63,813 bases of DNA, filler included, from Olpidium bornovanus S191 (GCA_017911155.1; 30 parts of 30 records of this genome joined end to end with filler, not necessarily neighbours in it); one strand, 5' to 3'. Counted from the whole stretch's first letter, positions 22,964 through 36,640 are shown. A program made the numbers and translations. Notes: generated from the letters alone by a model not told the origin.

Positions 22964-24904
22964 GGCATTTAATTTCGCCGACGATTTTACCAGTGTCCGG
23001 CAAAATTGGGTGAGCGCGACTGTCCGCCTGCGATAGCACGTAGCATTGACAAGCACAAGCACACTCCCCTGCCTATTACCGGGAAATGAGACGGCCTATA
23101 ACGTGCGCGACTAACGGAGAGATGCAGCGTATAAGATAAATGTTTTGCGGTGCTGCACCTGTCCTCGGTTGTACAAAATCTATTTTGTTTGTCTACTTTT
23201 ATTCCCGTCGTCCGCGCTGGTTGTTACGGCACTTGGCTTCTTCGAAGGCTTGGTCCTGTGGGGATGATTGGATTTTCCCTCGGCCGGATTTTTGGGCCAA
23301 AGTCGTAGACCGTCTCCCCGCGGTAAAGAACGCGTTCAAGTGCGGGCGTCCGGGTTGCGAGGTTCGCTTGCTGAAGGGTGACAGTCAATCCCTGCGCTCT
23401 CTCAAAGCGTGCTACACCAGCGCCGGCTCCTCCACTTCCCGCTCCCCCCCCCCCCCCCCCCCCCCCCCTCCTCCCTCCCCCCCCCCCCCCCCCCNNNNNN
23501 NNNNNNNNNNNNNNNNNNNNNNNNNNNNNNNNNNNNNNTTAATTAATTAANNNNNNNNNNNNNNNNNNNNNNNNNNNNNNNNNNNNNNNNNNNNAGCATT
23601 CTCACGTACGCGACCGCGTTCCGGGTAAATTGTCAAACGGGGAGTCGCAGTCGCAACGCGTCTGCCGGTGCGCAGCCGGAGGTGGAGGGTTTGTTTTTAT
23701 TTGGAACTTGGCATGCGAGCGGGGCACAAGCGAACGGGGAAGAGTTTAGATTTTATTGGAAGTGGGTGTGTCCCTCAGACATCCCAACCCCTTCGACGAG
23801 CCGATGTCAGGAGAGGTGGAGGATATGATGGAATAGTTAGAGGAAGGGAAGGAAAAAAAGAGAGAGAAAAAGAAAATACTGGGGGGGGGAGGGGGGGGGA
23901 AATATTATATCGATAATCATCGATAGTATATCGTATACTATACGGGAATTGAACCCTAATGGCTTTCCCGCGTTGCGGGAGTAGTCATCGCAACCCGTAG
24001 CATGATGCTATCAGCGTGGTAAGAGAGATTAAGAGCAAATTATTAAGGAGCATAAGAGAAAGCAACCGAAAACAACAAGGAGAAAGGGGGGAAAGAATGG
24101 AAAAACAGTCAAACAACAGGAAGGGTCCGACGACGAGCCCGACAGGTAGATTCCTTGAATTCGACCGCGGTGGAAACGCGGCGCGCCATCGTGGGCGATG
24201 GTTTTGTAGGTGAGTTTGCGCCACCTTTTGTTTCCTCTTCGTTTATGTTTCGAAGCGGTCGAAGAGAGGGCGAGGCAGTCGTGCCGAACTGCCAGCGGAC
24301 ATCGCGAAGATCGCAACGACGTCTTGTGGGCCGAGCAATTCCGCGCGCGCCGAGCCCAGCAGTATGAATTCGAGATCGAACCGGCGGCAGAGGCCGGGGC
24401 CGCCATTGACAGGCGTTGCGAGGGCCGTTGCAGAGCTCAAGGAAAAAAAAACAGCATGATGCGTGATGACGGTCGGACGATGGTAAAAATGGCCACACAG
24501 GTCGGCAACCGGCTGCCCCGAGGTGAGACCGATGAAGCAAGATGCAGCCACCACAGCGAAGACAGGCGCGGGGCGCGCTCAAGTCGGGGATCGACGGAGA
24601 GTACCGACAGGTCGCGGTCGATGAAAAGGGCGTCTCCCGTCCGGCTTGAGGGCGCAGCATGAGGGCAAAAGAGAAGCGGGTGCGCGTCAAAGAGATCAAG
24701 AGCCCCCCGAGCTGACGACTCGTATGTGAGCGCGGCGGGCCGTCGAAGCCACACGAAACTTTTTTTTTAAGGGTGCATCAATACGTAGCGCGCCCATAGA
24801 AGAAATCGACGGAAATGCCAGCGGCACCGAGGCAGACGGGATCGCAAAAGAGGGAAAAGCGACGGCACAGGACGCGGGGCACAAGCCGGCCTGCACTCCC
24901 CAGG

Positions 24905-25665
24905 GCCCCCGGTGTAAATGAAGGACCCCGAGCAGCTGGCCTGTCGATGCAGTCCTAGGCGCAACCGCGACGGTTTGATTTCCATGAACCGCCGTCGGAG
25001 GTCGAAAAGTGAGCCTGGGTGTGATCGTGCCCGCAAGTTGGACGTGTTTATCCCGAGCACGGGGCGCACCATGCGCGCTCTGATGAACTCCGGTACCGAG
25101 ATTCCCGTGGCCGACGCTCAGCTCGCAGCCGAGGCGAATTGGCTGTACGACCCGCGGCCAAACTGGCAAATGCGTGCGCGGCACGTACGCTGCGCCCACT
25201 CACTGCAGGCCTTCGCGGTCTGCCAGCAGCACCTCCGGCGCGCCCGGCACCGTCACCTTCTCGAGGAGGTTGACCGAGATCTGCCCCAGGCAGTATAAAC
25301 ATTGGCAACCGCGTCAGGTTAAGAAGCGCATGGATACTCACAAAACCACAAGGCACGCGATGAAGGATCGGGTCTTGGGACCGCCCGCTCCTGTGGGCAG
25401 CCGTCGGAGCCCCGCGTCTCTCGCGCACCCCTCCACCATCGCCTGCGCGCACGCGCTGTTTCTGCGCAAAAGACATCTCTGGCAGGCTCCGGATAATGCC
25501 GTAGGCTTGGGACCTCTGGTCCGGTGCTACCATCAGCCTTACTCCCGACAGATTACCAGTCAAGCTGAAATCATTGGCACCTGCTTCAGAACTATGATAG
25601 CTATAGCCTTTATCAACTGCACACATGCAGGCACGATGATGAAGGGGAACCGCGGATGCCAGTAG
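24905..25665 (+). mobile_element. Possible heavily decayed Ty3/gypsy relic (Zn knuckle, protease, integrase-like fragments)
   Basis: GRTMRALMNSGTEIPVADAQLA resembles the RALxDSGA aspartyl-protease motif; PYSRQITSQAE..AIAFINCTH resembles integrase YHPQTxGQxE..AxNxTxH. Short motifs only. Confidence 0.33.
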
Positions 25666-26041
25666 CTCTCGCCATAGAGATACTGGTTTGGCACGCGCGT
25701 TTCTGTACATTTGGGGCATATCAATCTTCAACCGACTCCATACATTAACGAGAGAGATGCCCCGGCGTGGTGGATATGATGACGCTATAACAGGGCAGAA
25801 GCAGCAGTTCGAATGGCGGCGCAGCGCCTCTGATTTGTAGCTGGCACTCTCGGTTACGGGCAGTGCGGCGCTGCGAACTCGCATGATGCCCCCGCAGGAA
25901 GTAGCCACCCACACTAGCAGTTGCCGTGTTTTTTAATTTGCCCAGGATCCCAGTAGACGGCGCAAGGACGTATCAGCAGCCAAGAAAGTCGACTGTTCTC
26001 GTTTGTATTGTTGGACAACTCACTGACACTATGTTAAGGAA

Positions 26042-26369
26042 TCAATTCACAGCCTGACGCACGACATCCTCCAGGAATGCACGTGCGTCTGCGGCCGTTA
26101 CGTCCATGGTCATAAATCTCTTCACAATTTTGTCGCACATCACGAACGGGTCGCGGTAGGGTCGACACGCAGCCCTGGCTCCGCGCATGGCCGGCGCGCC
26201 CTCGCGGGTGGAAGAGTCATCTTCGCTGTCCTCGAAGAGCGGCATCGGCGGGATGTACCGAGCCAGCAGCTGCGAGCACTCACGACCGCGTTCGACTACA
26301 GAAGCAGGAATGCCAGCTAGGGTGGCACAGACAGATCCATATGAGACACCGCTGCATCCAGGGACCAAC
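26042..26369 (-). CDS. MSH5: MutS homolog 5, last exon
   Basis: LVPGCSGVSYGSVCATLAGIPASVVERGRECS (end of MutS domain V) and CDKIVKRFMTMDV, which resembles the MSH5 tail (CQTLVDKFMKLDL); AG acceptor at 26370-26371. Confidence 0.75.
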
Positions 26370-27895
26370 CTTGTGGAATGGATTGTGTGTCAGGGNNNNN
26401 NNNNNNNNNNNNNNNNNNNNNNNNNNNNNNNNNNNNNNNTTAATTAATTAANNNNNNNNNNNNNNNNNNNNNNNNNNNNNNNNNNNNNNNNNNNNCATGT
26501 GGGGTCTGCGTCCTTCCCGCCGACTTGTCCGCCTCTGCCGCCCAGCCTGCCCTCGAAACTGGGCACCCCCGCCTCGCCCATCAGGCGAAACGCGCGGGCG
26601 TCGCTCTCGTTTGCCGAGTCCCCGCTCCCGTTCGCGACGCCGGTCCTTCCGGTGGGGTCCTCCTCCTTCTTCCAGCCTTGGCGAGCGCAGGAGTCCCAGC
26701 CGGGGGCGGCGGAGCCGGCGTCGGCACCGTTCTCGCTCCCGGCGTCACTGCCGGGCACCACGGTGTTTTCGTCGCTGTCGACCGTTGCGGCGAGCAGCAG
26801 CGGTCAACCGGCGCCCTCGTCGTCGGCGCAGCGAACCCCCAGGAGCGGGAAGAAAAAAGGAAAGACGAGGATGTCCGGGTTCTGAACCACCTCTCCCGTC
26901 TCCCCTTACCCCCTTCCCTGCACCATCTCCTTCTCCCCCCATTCCCCGCCCTCCCCTTTCCCTGCCCCCTTCCGTCCCACCCATTGTTCATATGTCCGCG
27001 GATGTGTTTTTTCTTGCACATTTTTTTCGTTCTCGCCCGTTTTCCGGTTTTTGCACGAAATATTTCTTCTGATCATCATGTTTACGTCAACCAAGATCTT
27101 GATAATTCGAGGGTTTTTTTTCGTTCCGGGTCCCAACTTAACCAACCAATGATGCACAAACTGTAATGTACGCTTATCACGTTCACACAAGACGCATGCT
27201 TTAAGGTCGCCGCTGCACAAATTTCTCCACTCGCGGGTGCGTGTTGCTGCAGTCGCATGCTGGCCCGTTGCAAAATAACGTGGCCAAAACGGCGATGTTG
27301 CGCGATGTGGGGGAACGGGGAAAATTATTGCAATACTGTGCGTCCTCAACCCCAGCAGCTCAGAGTTTAACAATCCGCAAATGCGAATCAGATGATGATT
27401 GCCGCAGCAAAAATTTTCGGGTGCAGTATATCTACTTCCTTCTCGCTCAAGAAAAAAGCGCGCAGGAAAGTTTCGAGTTCAGCGGCCAAGATCGGGGGGA
27501 AGGCGAACAAGAGCGCAGAGACGGGGCAGAGAAAAGTCTATAAGATATCGGGCGGTGAGAAGGCGAGAAGCGCGCGCAGAACTTTCGTTTTCGCGGACTA
27601 ACCCGCCCGTGCAGACAAGCTTGACGACAGACCGCAGATCAGAGATCCCAGCCAAGACCAAACCCTCCCCCTCCCCACTGCCCCCCGGGGGAAGGTTCCG
27701 CCTGCGCGCACGCACGGTTAGGCTTCGCGGGACAACCGGATCTCTCGGTCTGTTCCAGCGAAACCAACTGCAACCGGCTCTCGGGGGAAGAAAGAGAGGG
27801 GGGGGGGGCGCCACCATCGGAAAGTCGACCGCTTAGGAAAGTCGACCGCTTTACAACCCCGATGGGATAAGAAAAACGTCAACGGCCGGTAAGCA

Positions 27896-29563
27896 TCACT
27901 TTTCCCGCGCCGTCCAAAGCCGTATCTCCCCATCCCCGGCGCCAGTGAGCATTTCGGCGCTTTTCGGATGGTGCGCGGTGCTGATGACGACGTGGTTGTG
28001 GCCGTCGAGTTGGCGAACGATTGCGCCCTGCGAGAAAGAAAAACGCGTGGGCCCAGTCAAAAATAATTTGCGCAATACGTGCGTACACTTCACCACCGCC
28101 CCGACGCCGGAAAGTGGCTTTTGAGTTTTCTCGACGACTCACTTCGAGCAAATCCCAAATGTACACTTCGCGGTCTTCGGAACCGCTGATGACGTAACTG
28201 TCCGAGTCGTTAAAGCAGCTTTGGACTTTGTAATTACAGTTTCTGTGACCTTTAAATCTGTTGTCCAGAGCTCGTGTTAGCAGGTCCTGTTCTAAGCTGA
28301 GCTAAAAACTCTCTTTTTTGCTTGTTTCATTCTGCGTACTCGTTCAGTAGCGTGCCATTCTCCTTGTCGATAAGTCGTATCGTGTCGTCCAGCGTGCTGA
28401 TCAACAAACAGTTTCCGTCTTTCGAGAGCGAGAGCGACGTGACGGCCTCTGAAAAAAAAAGTGCGCAACAACATGTTGTAGGCGGAACAGCAGAAAGCGC
28501 CACACACACAATTCGGCAAGTCGCACTCCGAGGAGCGCGCCACCCCACCTCCGACGAAATCGGTCTTGACCTCCCCCATGCGGATGTCGTATGTCCGCAC
28601 CCTGTCGTCCACGGATCCTGTGAAAATCTCGTGGCCCCTGATCACAACGGACGAGACGCTGTCCTTCGCTTCGTCCAACACCTGTATCGCCTGACTGCCT
28701 TGTTGTCTAGTTATTCCAGATTCCTCGAGAGAGATCAGCTTTCAGCGTAAAATGCCACAAAAAAACAATGGAGAGGCAAAAAGTACAGCACTTGCCTTGA
28801 GTCCCAAAGGCGTACAGTCGCGTCGTACGATGCTGAATACCCCCGGCGGCGAAATCTTTGAGCTATCAAGCAGACTGCACGGCAAACGGAAAGATATACT
28901 ACTCAGACGACGTACCACTCGCAATGACAACAGCGTCGTCGTTGAAGGCAACGTCATTGAGCCGCTGGAAAGTCGCACTCCAGGTCAACGTTGTTAACTT
29001 CGCCGGCGCAAATTCTTTGCCTCTACCACGGCCGGACGCAGCACATATGTCCGGTGAAATGCTCACCTGCATGTGCCCCGAGAATTTCCTCACCACTCTG
29101 CCCTGCAGGACGTCCCACAGAAAGACCGACTTGTCCCCGCCGCAGGAGGCAAACCGCGCGTTGTCCTTCGTCCTGCAAGACGTTTGTCAAGGGTCTGAGC
29201 TGTGAAAAGAAACTCTGGACCGGCGCGGCCTTATCCCGAGGTCGAAATAGCAGGAAGGGGACTCACACAGAAAGCCCGCCAACGTCCCGTCCGTGTCCCT
29301 CGTAAACTTTGATGCACGCCCCGGTCGCGGCGTTCCATAACCTAACTGTCTTATCCTGGCCGCCGGAGAGGCAGTAGTTCCCCTCGGTGTTATATTTGAG
29401 AACGTTGACCGGGCCTTAGATAGAAGCGCGCGCGGCGTCAGGAGGTCCGCAGCGGGCAGGGCGGGCAGGCGTTCCCCCGTCAGCGCACGCCGTCTCCCTT
29501 GGTGACAGGTTTACCCTTGTGGCCATTGAGAGTCTTCGTGTGCACAGTGGGGACCGACGCCAT
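27896..29563 (-). CDS. WDR83: WD40 repeat protein WDR83/MORG1, apparently complete, multi-exon
   Basis: TLNGHKG|PVNVLKYNTEGNYCLSGGQDKTVRLWN..YEGHG..DNARFASCGGDKSVFLWDV..RKFSGH..SYDATVRLWD..DEAKDSVSSV..TGSVDDRVRTYDIRMG..SKDGNCLLISTLDDTIRLIDKENG..ISGSEDREVYIWDL. Confidence 0.9.
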
Positions 29564-29752
29564 TGAGCCGCGGCAGGCCGCGCCCGCCAGACACCGTGGC
29601 GAGGGAGCGCGGTGTTGTGGGGAGGGATCGGAGTGCACAAGGCGGAGGTCGCGGCTAACCGGGGCCGGGCTGGGGGTTCTACCGGCCGCGCGCCGGGCGG
29701 TGAGTCTGCGTTCGCCGGTCCGCCGGAAAATACGCAAAACAAAAATGGAAGG

Positions 29753-29804
<52 letters not shown>

Positions 29805-31049
29805 AAAAAAAAAACGAAANNNNNNNNNNNNNNNNNNNNNNNNNNNNNNNNNNNNNNNNNNNNTTAATTAATTAANNNNNNNNNNNNNNNNNNNNNNNNN
29901 NNNNNNNNNNNNNNNNNNNCATGAATGTAGCCGTGCCCACAATGACCTCGAGCAGGCGGGTGGTGGGGGATGTGCTGCATAGCAGAGGTTAGACATAGAG
30001 GTAGTGCTGCCTGTCATCTCAACACCCGTTGTCTCGACACCGTACCTTAAATGCTTTTTCCCGAAGAGCCCATTGAAATCCTCTTCGAAGGATTGGCTGG
30101 TGATAATCAACGCGCTCTCTGTAGCCCCTGTGTCGCCCGTACCGATTTATATTCTAATGCGCTCTCTGTAGCGCCTGTAACGACTTCGCTTTGATGCGTC
30201 TATCGAAGGGCCCGCTCAGTGCGCTAAACGGCTTCCCCGGGGGTGGGGGTATAAAAAACTCCCTCGGGGAGTGCACCCACAGGTGAATTCGTGCTGGCCC
30301 TCACCCAAACATAACAACAAGAAAACAAACACTTTCTCTTCCCGCTCTGCCCGTTGCTCCCCGCTCTCGTTCCTCATTCACGCTCCTCCGCTTCCGGCTC
30401 CGCTTCCGCAGCTATGGACCTTACCAAAGTGGATAATCGTAAGCGTATCTCTCGTGCCTCTTTCGTTCCGCAAACCGTTGTCGGAGAAAAAAATCAGTGC
30501 CACCCCCCACCCCCTCCCAGTTGTGTGCGCACTGGGTGTATCGAAAAGGGCGTCGACCGCATGTAGGGTAGTTCCCCTCTCCGCAAAAAAATAATAAACA
30601 AAGAAGGATCAGACCTTAGCTCTTTTCCCGGACGCCTTGCAACCGCGGCAGACTACGACAGGCTGCTGGCGCGCTCCTTGGGACGGGGCGAGAGAGCGAC
30701 GTTTCGGTCTTCCTGGGACCGGCCTTCGAGCTGTCGGCGGGGTAGTCGAAAGAGCCATCGAAGGCTAATGCAGTACAAAGGTAAGCGCCAAACCCGCCCT
30801 CCCTCCAGTCCCTCGAGGTAAAAAGCCTCGCCGCGTGAGAACCACCGCGCCACAAGGCCCCCCCCCCCCCCCCCCCCTCCCCCCCCCCCCCACCCCGTCT
30901 CCCCTGCCACCATACCAAAAGGGGATTGCACTCTCGACAACTGGCGCTCCCGGGCAGGACCCGACGGGGCTAAGTAGGCGCAAGCGCACACGTAAAGGGA
31001 AAGATGGAGGACCTTCGGGTATTAGCGATGCAGATTTGGTCTGCCGAGG

Positions 31050-31200
31050 TAAGGGCTGCCGTCGTGCAGTTCACTCGAGAAGGCGCGCTATTCAAAAAAA
31101 ACATCTCCAAACATCTACGGCACTTCGAGGCGGCTATGGAATTGACGGATTCCGAGTTGGCAAGGTACTTCAGGCTCTCTGTCCACGAGGACTGTCATGA
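31050..31200 (+). mobile_element. Possible retrotransposon gag fragment
   Basis: GALFKKNISKHLRHFEAAMELTDSELARYF resembles the gypsy gag N-terminal F.G.N(I/V)..FL..(F/Y)E pattern; weak. Confidence 0.22.
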
Positions 31201-31354
31201 NNNNNNNNNNNNNNNNNNNNNNNNNNNNNNNNNNNNNNNNNNNNTTAATTAATTAANNNNNNNNNNNNNNNNNNNNNNNNNNNNNNNNNNNNNNNNNNNN
31301 CCCTGTCCCCCCCCCTCCCCCCCCCCCCCCCTCCCCCTCTTTTTGCATTTTCAG

Positions 31355-33063
31355 GCATTTCTTGACTCACCTGAAAAAGGGACCGCAGACCCGGACGGTA
31401 ATGGTGTTGGGTATACCCCACGCGTACCGTGACGAGGAAAAGCTCCGTCAGTGGTTCGAAAGGCTGGGCATTGGCCCGGTCTGCTCAGTCGTTGTGGTCC
31501 GGGACGCACGGCTGATCGAACGCCGACTGAAGCAACGCTACCGCGAACTACGCCGGCTGGAGGATGCCGCGTGCAGCATCGCGGCCAGGTCCAGGGGCTG
31601 CTTGACGGTTTCCGACCTGATCCGGCGCGTCGGGGCGTCGGGATATTCTGCGGTTTTGAACACGGACGACCTCACGGAAGAGGAAGCGCGGGAAGCCATC
31701 TACCAGATGACCCCGGCGCACAGGCCGAAAGTGCGCACCGGCTTCGCCCACATCTGCGGGCCCGCCGTCGACGCCTTCGACTACTATAAGGAGAAGTTCG
31801 TGAACGCGGACGCGGAAGTGAGATGGTTGCGGAAGCGCATCGAGACCCGGCCTTACGGAACAGCGTTTGTGAAATTTGCGGCGCAGGGCTCAGCGGTGAG
31901 TTTTTGGCACTTCCGGCGGGATGGCTGCCGCGCCGTCTCGGACGGGAGACTTATATAAGGGCATTGACCGTTTTCTGCAGAACATCGCAGCGCAACTCAT
32001 GCTTCACACTGATCCTCACACGTTCGTCACGCTGATGGCGCCAGAGCCGCGGGACGTGTGAGTGGTGGCATCCGGGTAGACAACCGTCAATTCTGGCGCA
32101 GAGCGCTCCCGCTCCCGAAGTCTCCTTGCTGATATTCGCCGGGCAAGATTTCAGATATTGGCCGAACGCGCCGCTTCCGCCTGCCCTGAAAACCGTCCGC
32201 GCGACGGCCATACACGCGAGCTACTTTTTTCTGACCGTGTTTTGGGCCGTGCCCACCGCTGCGATAACGAGCCTCTTAACTCTGGCCGCCATCAGGCGTG
32301 TGGCCCCGCAGTTTGCGGACTGGATGAGTGATACGCAGCTTGTGCGGTCGTTTGTGGAAGGAACCCTGCCCACCGTAGTCATCGCCAGTCTGAACGCTGG
32401 GGTCCCCTACATTCTGGAAAGCACGTTAATGCGTGATCTGGCCGAATTGACGAGCGGATAGCTGTCAAGGTATCTAATATTTCCGTTGCCTCCTCCCTCC
32501 TCCCCGTAGTCCTCGCCATTCTGGAGGGAACACGATCGTACTCGGGCATCGACACACGGTCAATGTCAACGTAAGCTTTTGCCCGGAAGCCCAAACGGCG
32601 CTTTTCTGTTCCGCGCTTTTTCTATTTTGCTTCCCGTGGTGCAGTGTATAATGAGTTCCCATACCCCAGGCTGTACGCATTCTATGTCGCCAATGTGCTG
32701 CTCGTGGTTACCATCGCCGGCACCCTGTGGAAGACCCTCGCATACCTGGCCCAGCAGCCGGCCAGCATCGTCAACGTGCTCGGCACGTCATTGCCGAAGG
32801 TGAGCTTTGGTTGTATACGGAAATTTACCGTGTTTTCCCTTTTCCACTCTGCTGGTCTATCGCAAATTACCAAAGCGCTGCAGATGTCGGCTTTCTTCGT
32901 CAATTACATCTTGCTGCAAGGGCTCGTCATATATCCGCTCTTTCAGCTTCTTCAGATCGGCCGGCTGCTGCCGACCTTCGCTGGCAAACTGTTCTCTAAC
33001 ACTCCGAGGCAGCTTTCAAGTGCCATGGCGCCGCCGACCACCCGGTACGGCTACCTATTGCCG
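31355..33063 (+). CDS. OSCA/TMEM63 (CSC1/PHM7/RSN1, DUF221) channel, internal exons
   Basis: RTVMVLGIP..DEEKLRQWF..VDAFDYY..GTAFVKF..MAPEPRD|..W.N..LTVFWAVP..VEGTLPTVV..SAFFVNYILLQG..QLLQIG..TPRQ..PPTTRYGYLLP. Confidence 0.93.
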
Positions 33064-33248
33064 GTGAGGAAAATTTCTTTGCTTTTTTTTGCAGTCAAGT
33101 TCTAAGGAATTGTATGGCATTAACTTGGAGGTGTTGTGCGGCGNNNNNNNNNNNNNNNNNNNNNNNNNNNNNNNNNNNNNNNNNNNNTTAATTAATTAAN
33201 NNNNNNNNNNNNNNNNNNNNNNNNNNNNNNNNNNNNNNNNNNNAATCC

Positions 33249-33323
<75 letters not shown>

Positions 33324-33590
33324 AGGCCGGGGGCGGGACGTCGGAAGGGGTTCTCGGCATCAATTCCCGTGCGGCCGCCGTCCCCTCGCCTCTCCTTCCC
33401 GCCCACACGCCCTTTTCCCGACCTTTTTTTTTGACGCTCTTCAATTCTTATGAATCCGCCTTTTCGTCCCCGCCTTTTTTTGTCGCTCCGCATGTTGTAA
33501 ACCCTTGTTGTAAACCCTTGTGGGGTGGGAATTGTTGCGGAGACGTAATAATCTCCTTCCCTCCTGCCGCGCACGCCCCTCCCTCAAAAG

Positions 33591-35284
33591 CGCCCGTTCG
33601 ACATCGACATGGCGCTGCATCTTCCCCGGATAGGGCTGCTTCTCCGTTTCGAGCCGGCGTCGCAGAAGCTTCGCTGCGTGCAGCTGTACGGCTTCGGCGC
33701 GGTGCGCCTGACTTACCGGTCACACGAATTTTGGTGCGCTGACAACCCGGGTTTCACCCCTTCCCCCCCGCCTTCCTCCCTCCTCCCGCTCCTCCCGGGT
33801 TTTCTCGAGGCAGTGGACGGATTTGGGCGAAAAGCAATCTTTTTTTCGCACTCACCCTCCCCCCCCCCCCCCCCCCTCCCCCCCCCCCCCCCCCCCATCC
33901 CCCCCCCCCTTCTTTTCTTCCCTTCGTCTGCGGGTCGGGGCGCTACCTTCAGTTCGAGGAAAACTTTGCCCACATGCCTGGCTCTCTACAAGCTCTTCGG
34001 GTAGAGAGTATATTGTCCTTCTTTCCTTTTTCTTTCCTTCCTCCACTTCCTATCTCCTCGCACAATCCCTGCGGGCTGCGCTTTGACCTCACGCGATCCC
34101 CTCCACTCCCCTCCCCGGAGACTGCGCACTTGGTCCTCACGAACTCTGCAACCGCAGGCCGACTTACCCTGGCGAGTTCGACAGCCGAACAAACCTTTAT
34201 ACTCTGCATTATCCAGTGAGTCCGGCCCGGTCGCTCCTTGTCCAATTCCGGATTACCAATCCTCCGTCGTCTCTGGTTCGGGGCGGTCGCTCACTTGTCC
34301 TTGGCCATTCCGCCCTTGTTTGCGTTCAAATCCTTCCCCCCGGCGCATTTTCCACCTGGCGCATGAACGCCAAAAAAATGAAATAAGGGCATATCTTTCG
34401 TCTTTCCGATACCGGACAAGTACGCGCCTCTGTACAAAAATTCTGATTGTGAGGAGGAACACGCCCGGCGCTCCCCCTGCCCTCCGCCTCTCACTCTCTC
34501 CGTCCTCCCCCCCTTCCCCCCCTCCCCTCCCCCCTTCTCCTTTTCTTCCTCTTTCTTCGGCCAAACTTGACATTACTGTGCCCGCCATCTGCTTCGGCCG
34601 TTTCGTCATCGGCTTAGGTTCCTGCTTAAATTTTTTTTTTGTTGGTTCCAATAATCCGGAAAAAAGCCCTGCCGTTGGAATTTCCGGACGGGACGACGCC
34701 AGTTTGCACAAGAATATTCATTTTTGACGGCGATTCTCGACTGCGCGAATGCGTCACGCCGTCGTTGCCGCTGTCTTTGGCCGCGGCGGACGGCACGTGT
34801 GTCGTCGAGGAGGTGGTGGCTACGGTGAGACAGACCGGAATTACTTTCGGTTTGCTTTTTTCTTTGGTTTAAACGGGGCACTCGGAAATTTTGGAAACGC
34901 CACCAGGTCCGGAAGGGCGTCGTATTCAAGCTCGCGGCGGAGCGACCGGTGTCGATTTTCCTGCGGGCGACCACGACGCAGGACGTGATCACCGACCTCG
35001 GCGCGCCCGGGGCTTTGTTCTACAAAGAGGACGACAGGATGAGCATTCACAACCACCGGAGGCGGCGCGACGACCGGAGACAACCGCAGGGTGACCACCC
35101 GATAATGGCGGGAGCGGCTCCGGACGAGGATGACGAGAAAGGTGGGGGAGCGGGCCGTCGGCCGTCGGCTCACACACACAAACACACACAGAAGGAGGGA
35201 CAAGAAAAAGGACTGCGGCGGAGTTTTGCTTTTAAAAGCAAAAAAAAAAAAAAAAACAAAAAAAAAAAGGGGGGGGGGGGGTTT

Positions 35285-35315
<31 letters not shown>

Positions 35316-35832
35316 CAAAAAAAAACGGCGCGGCCTTCCGTCTTCTGACTTGATTTCGTTACACCTCCCTCGCGCAACCCCCCACACTTTTTCTTTCTTT
35401 CTCTCTTTTTCCCTGTTTTTTTTTCTCCCTCAACCTCTCTCTATCAAGCCGTCGAGACGTGCGACTATTTCCTGTGCTATTTCAACCTCGGCATAGACAT
35501 CCTTTTCGACGGGTTACGCCACGTGTGCAAAAAGATCGTCCTGCATACCAATATTCCCGGCCACGTGGATTTCAACCTGTGGGTTATCGGCAGTGCTTGC
35601 GTGTTTTTTTTTTTGAGATTTTTGTTTCTGGGTCGGCGGGTGGGCCCGGTCACCCTTGTGCCGTTTGCGTGTGCGGTTCCTACCGGCGTTTTCAATACGT
35701 TCCTGCCCTCCTCGTTTTTGTTACGCCTGACAGTTCTTGACCACTCCCCCCCTTTTCTTTTTTACGCCGAAATGCTCCGATTCGTATATTTTGTGAGGTT
35801 CACGAAGTGCCAGTTTAAACTCCTGTTTCCCG
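33591..35832 (+). CDS. PHAF1: PHAF1/C16orf70 (UPF0183) homolog, internal exons
   Basis: DMALHLPRIGLLLRFEPASQKLRCVQLY..PTCLALYKLFG|PTYPGEFD..YTLHYP..TQDVITDLGAPGALFYKEDDRMSIH..DYFLCYFNLGIDILFD..CKKIVLHTNIPGHVDFNL|FTKCQF. Confidence 0.92.
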
Positions 35833-36425
35833 GTAGGACACGCCGTTCAGGGAGTTTCCCAGGACGAAAGCAATTGCGTCGTTTTTTATTTTGCAGAATT
35901 CGTCTAGTCGAGTCCAATAATGTGTGGCACGCTGATCATGNNNNNNNNNNNNNNNNNNNNNNNNNNNNNNNNNNNNNNNNNNNNTTAATTAATTAANNNN
36001 NNNNNNNNNNNNNNNNNNNNNNNNNNNNNNNNNNNNNNNNCATGCCCCACTTCCTTTTCTTCCCTTTTTTTGGCATTAATCAAATTTCACGTCGGCGCCC
36101 CAAAAGACCACTCTACAATTCGCGTTAGTAATATAGTGCTGTAGTATGCGGCACGCTCGCGCTGCGTTGGTAAATTATTTCAAGAAATCACGCAGTCCCA
36201 CCGAGAAGCTGTTGATGGCTCCGTCCAAGAAAGGGATGAGCGGCAAAAAGTAAGAAATGTGCGCCCGAAAAGGCTATGCGCGCTAACGTCAGCCCACGCA
36301 CAGTCTGCCGGCCGTCGTCCCCTGTCCCGCGGGTGCGCCGATTGGGACGCGCCCTCCCCGCCGCACCTCAGGGGTATGCATGTGAAGTGAAATCACGCCC
36401 TCCACACCTCCCCTCCCCTTCGTTT

Positions 36426-36640
36426 TCAACCCGCTAGCTCTTGTTCAGCCATGAGCTTCCTTTGCAGCGCTTGCTGCAGGGCAAGCTCCCTCGCGTTTTC
36501 TTCCTGTTGTCGCCTGGCGTCGTCGTCTTGCCGACGCCTCTCCTTCATGCGCTCTTCGTCTTTAAGGACGCCGTTGTACATCACCTGGGAAAGGGGGGGG
36601 GGGGGGGGGGGGGGGGCGGGGGGGGGGGGGCGCGGGGGGG

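Noticed and set aside
30063-30180. Short repeats (GCGCTCTCTGTAGC x2) and FQWALREKAFK as a gypsy RT remnant
   Set aside because: Too short to separate from chance.
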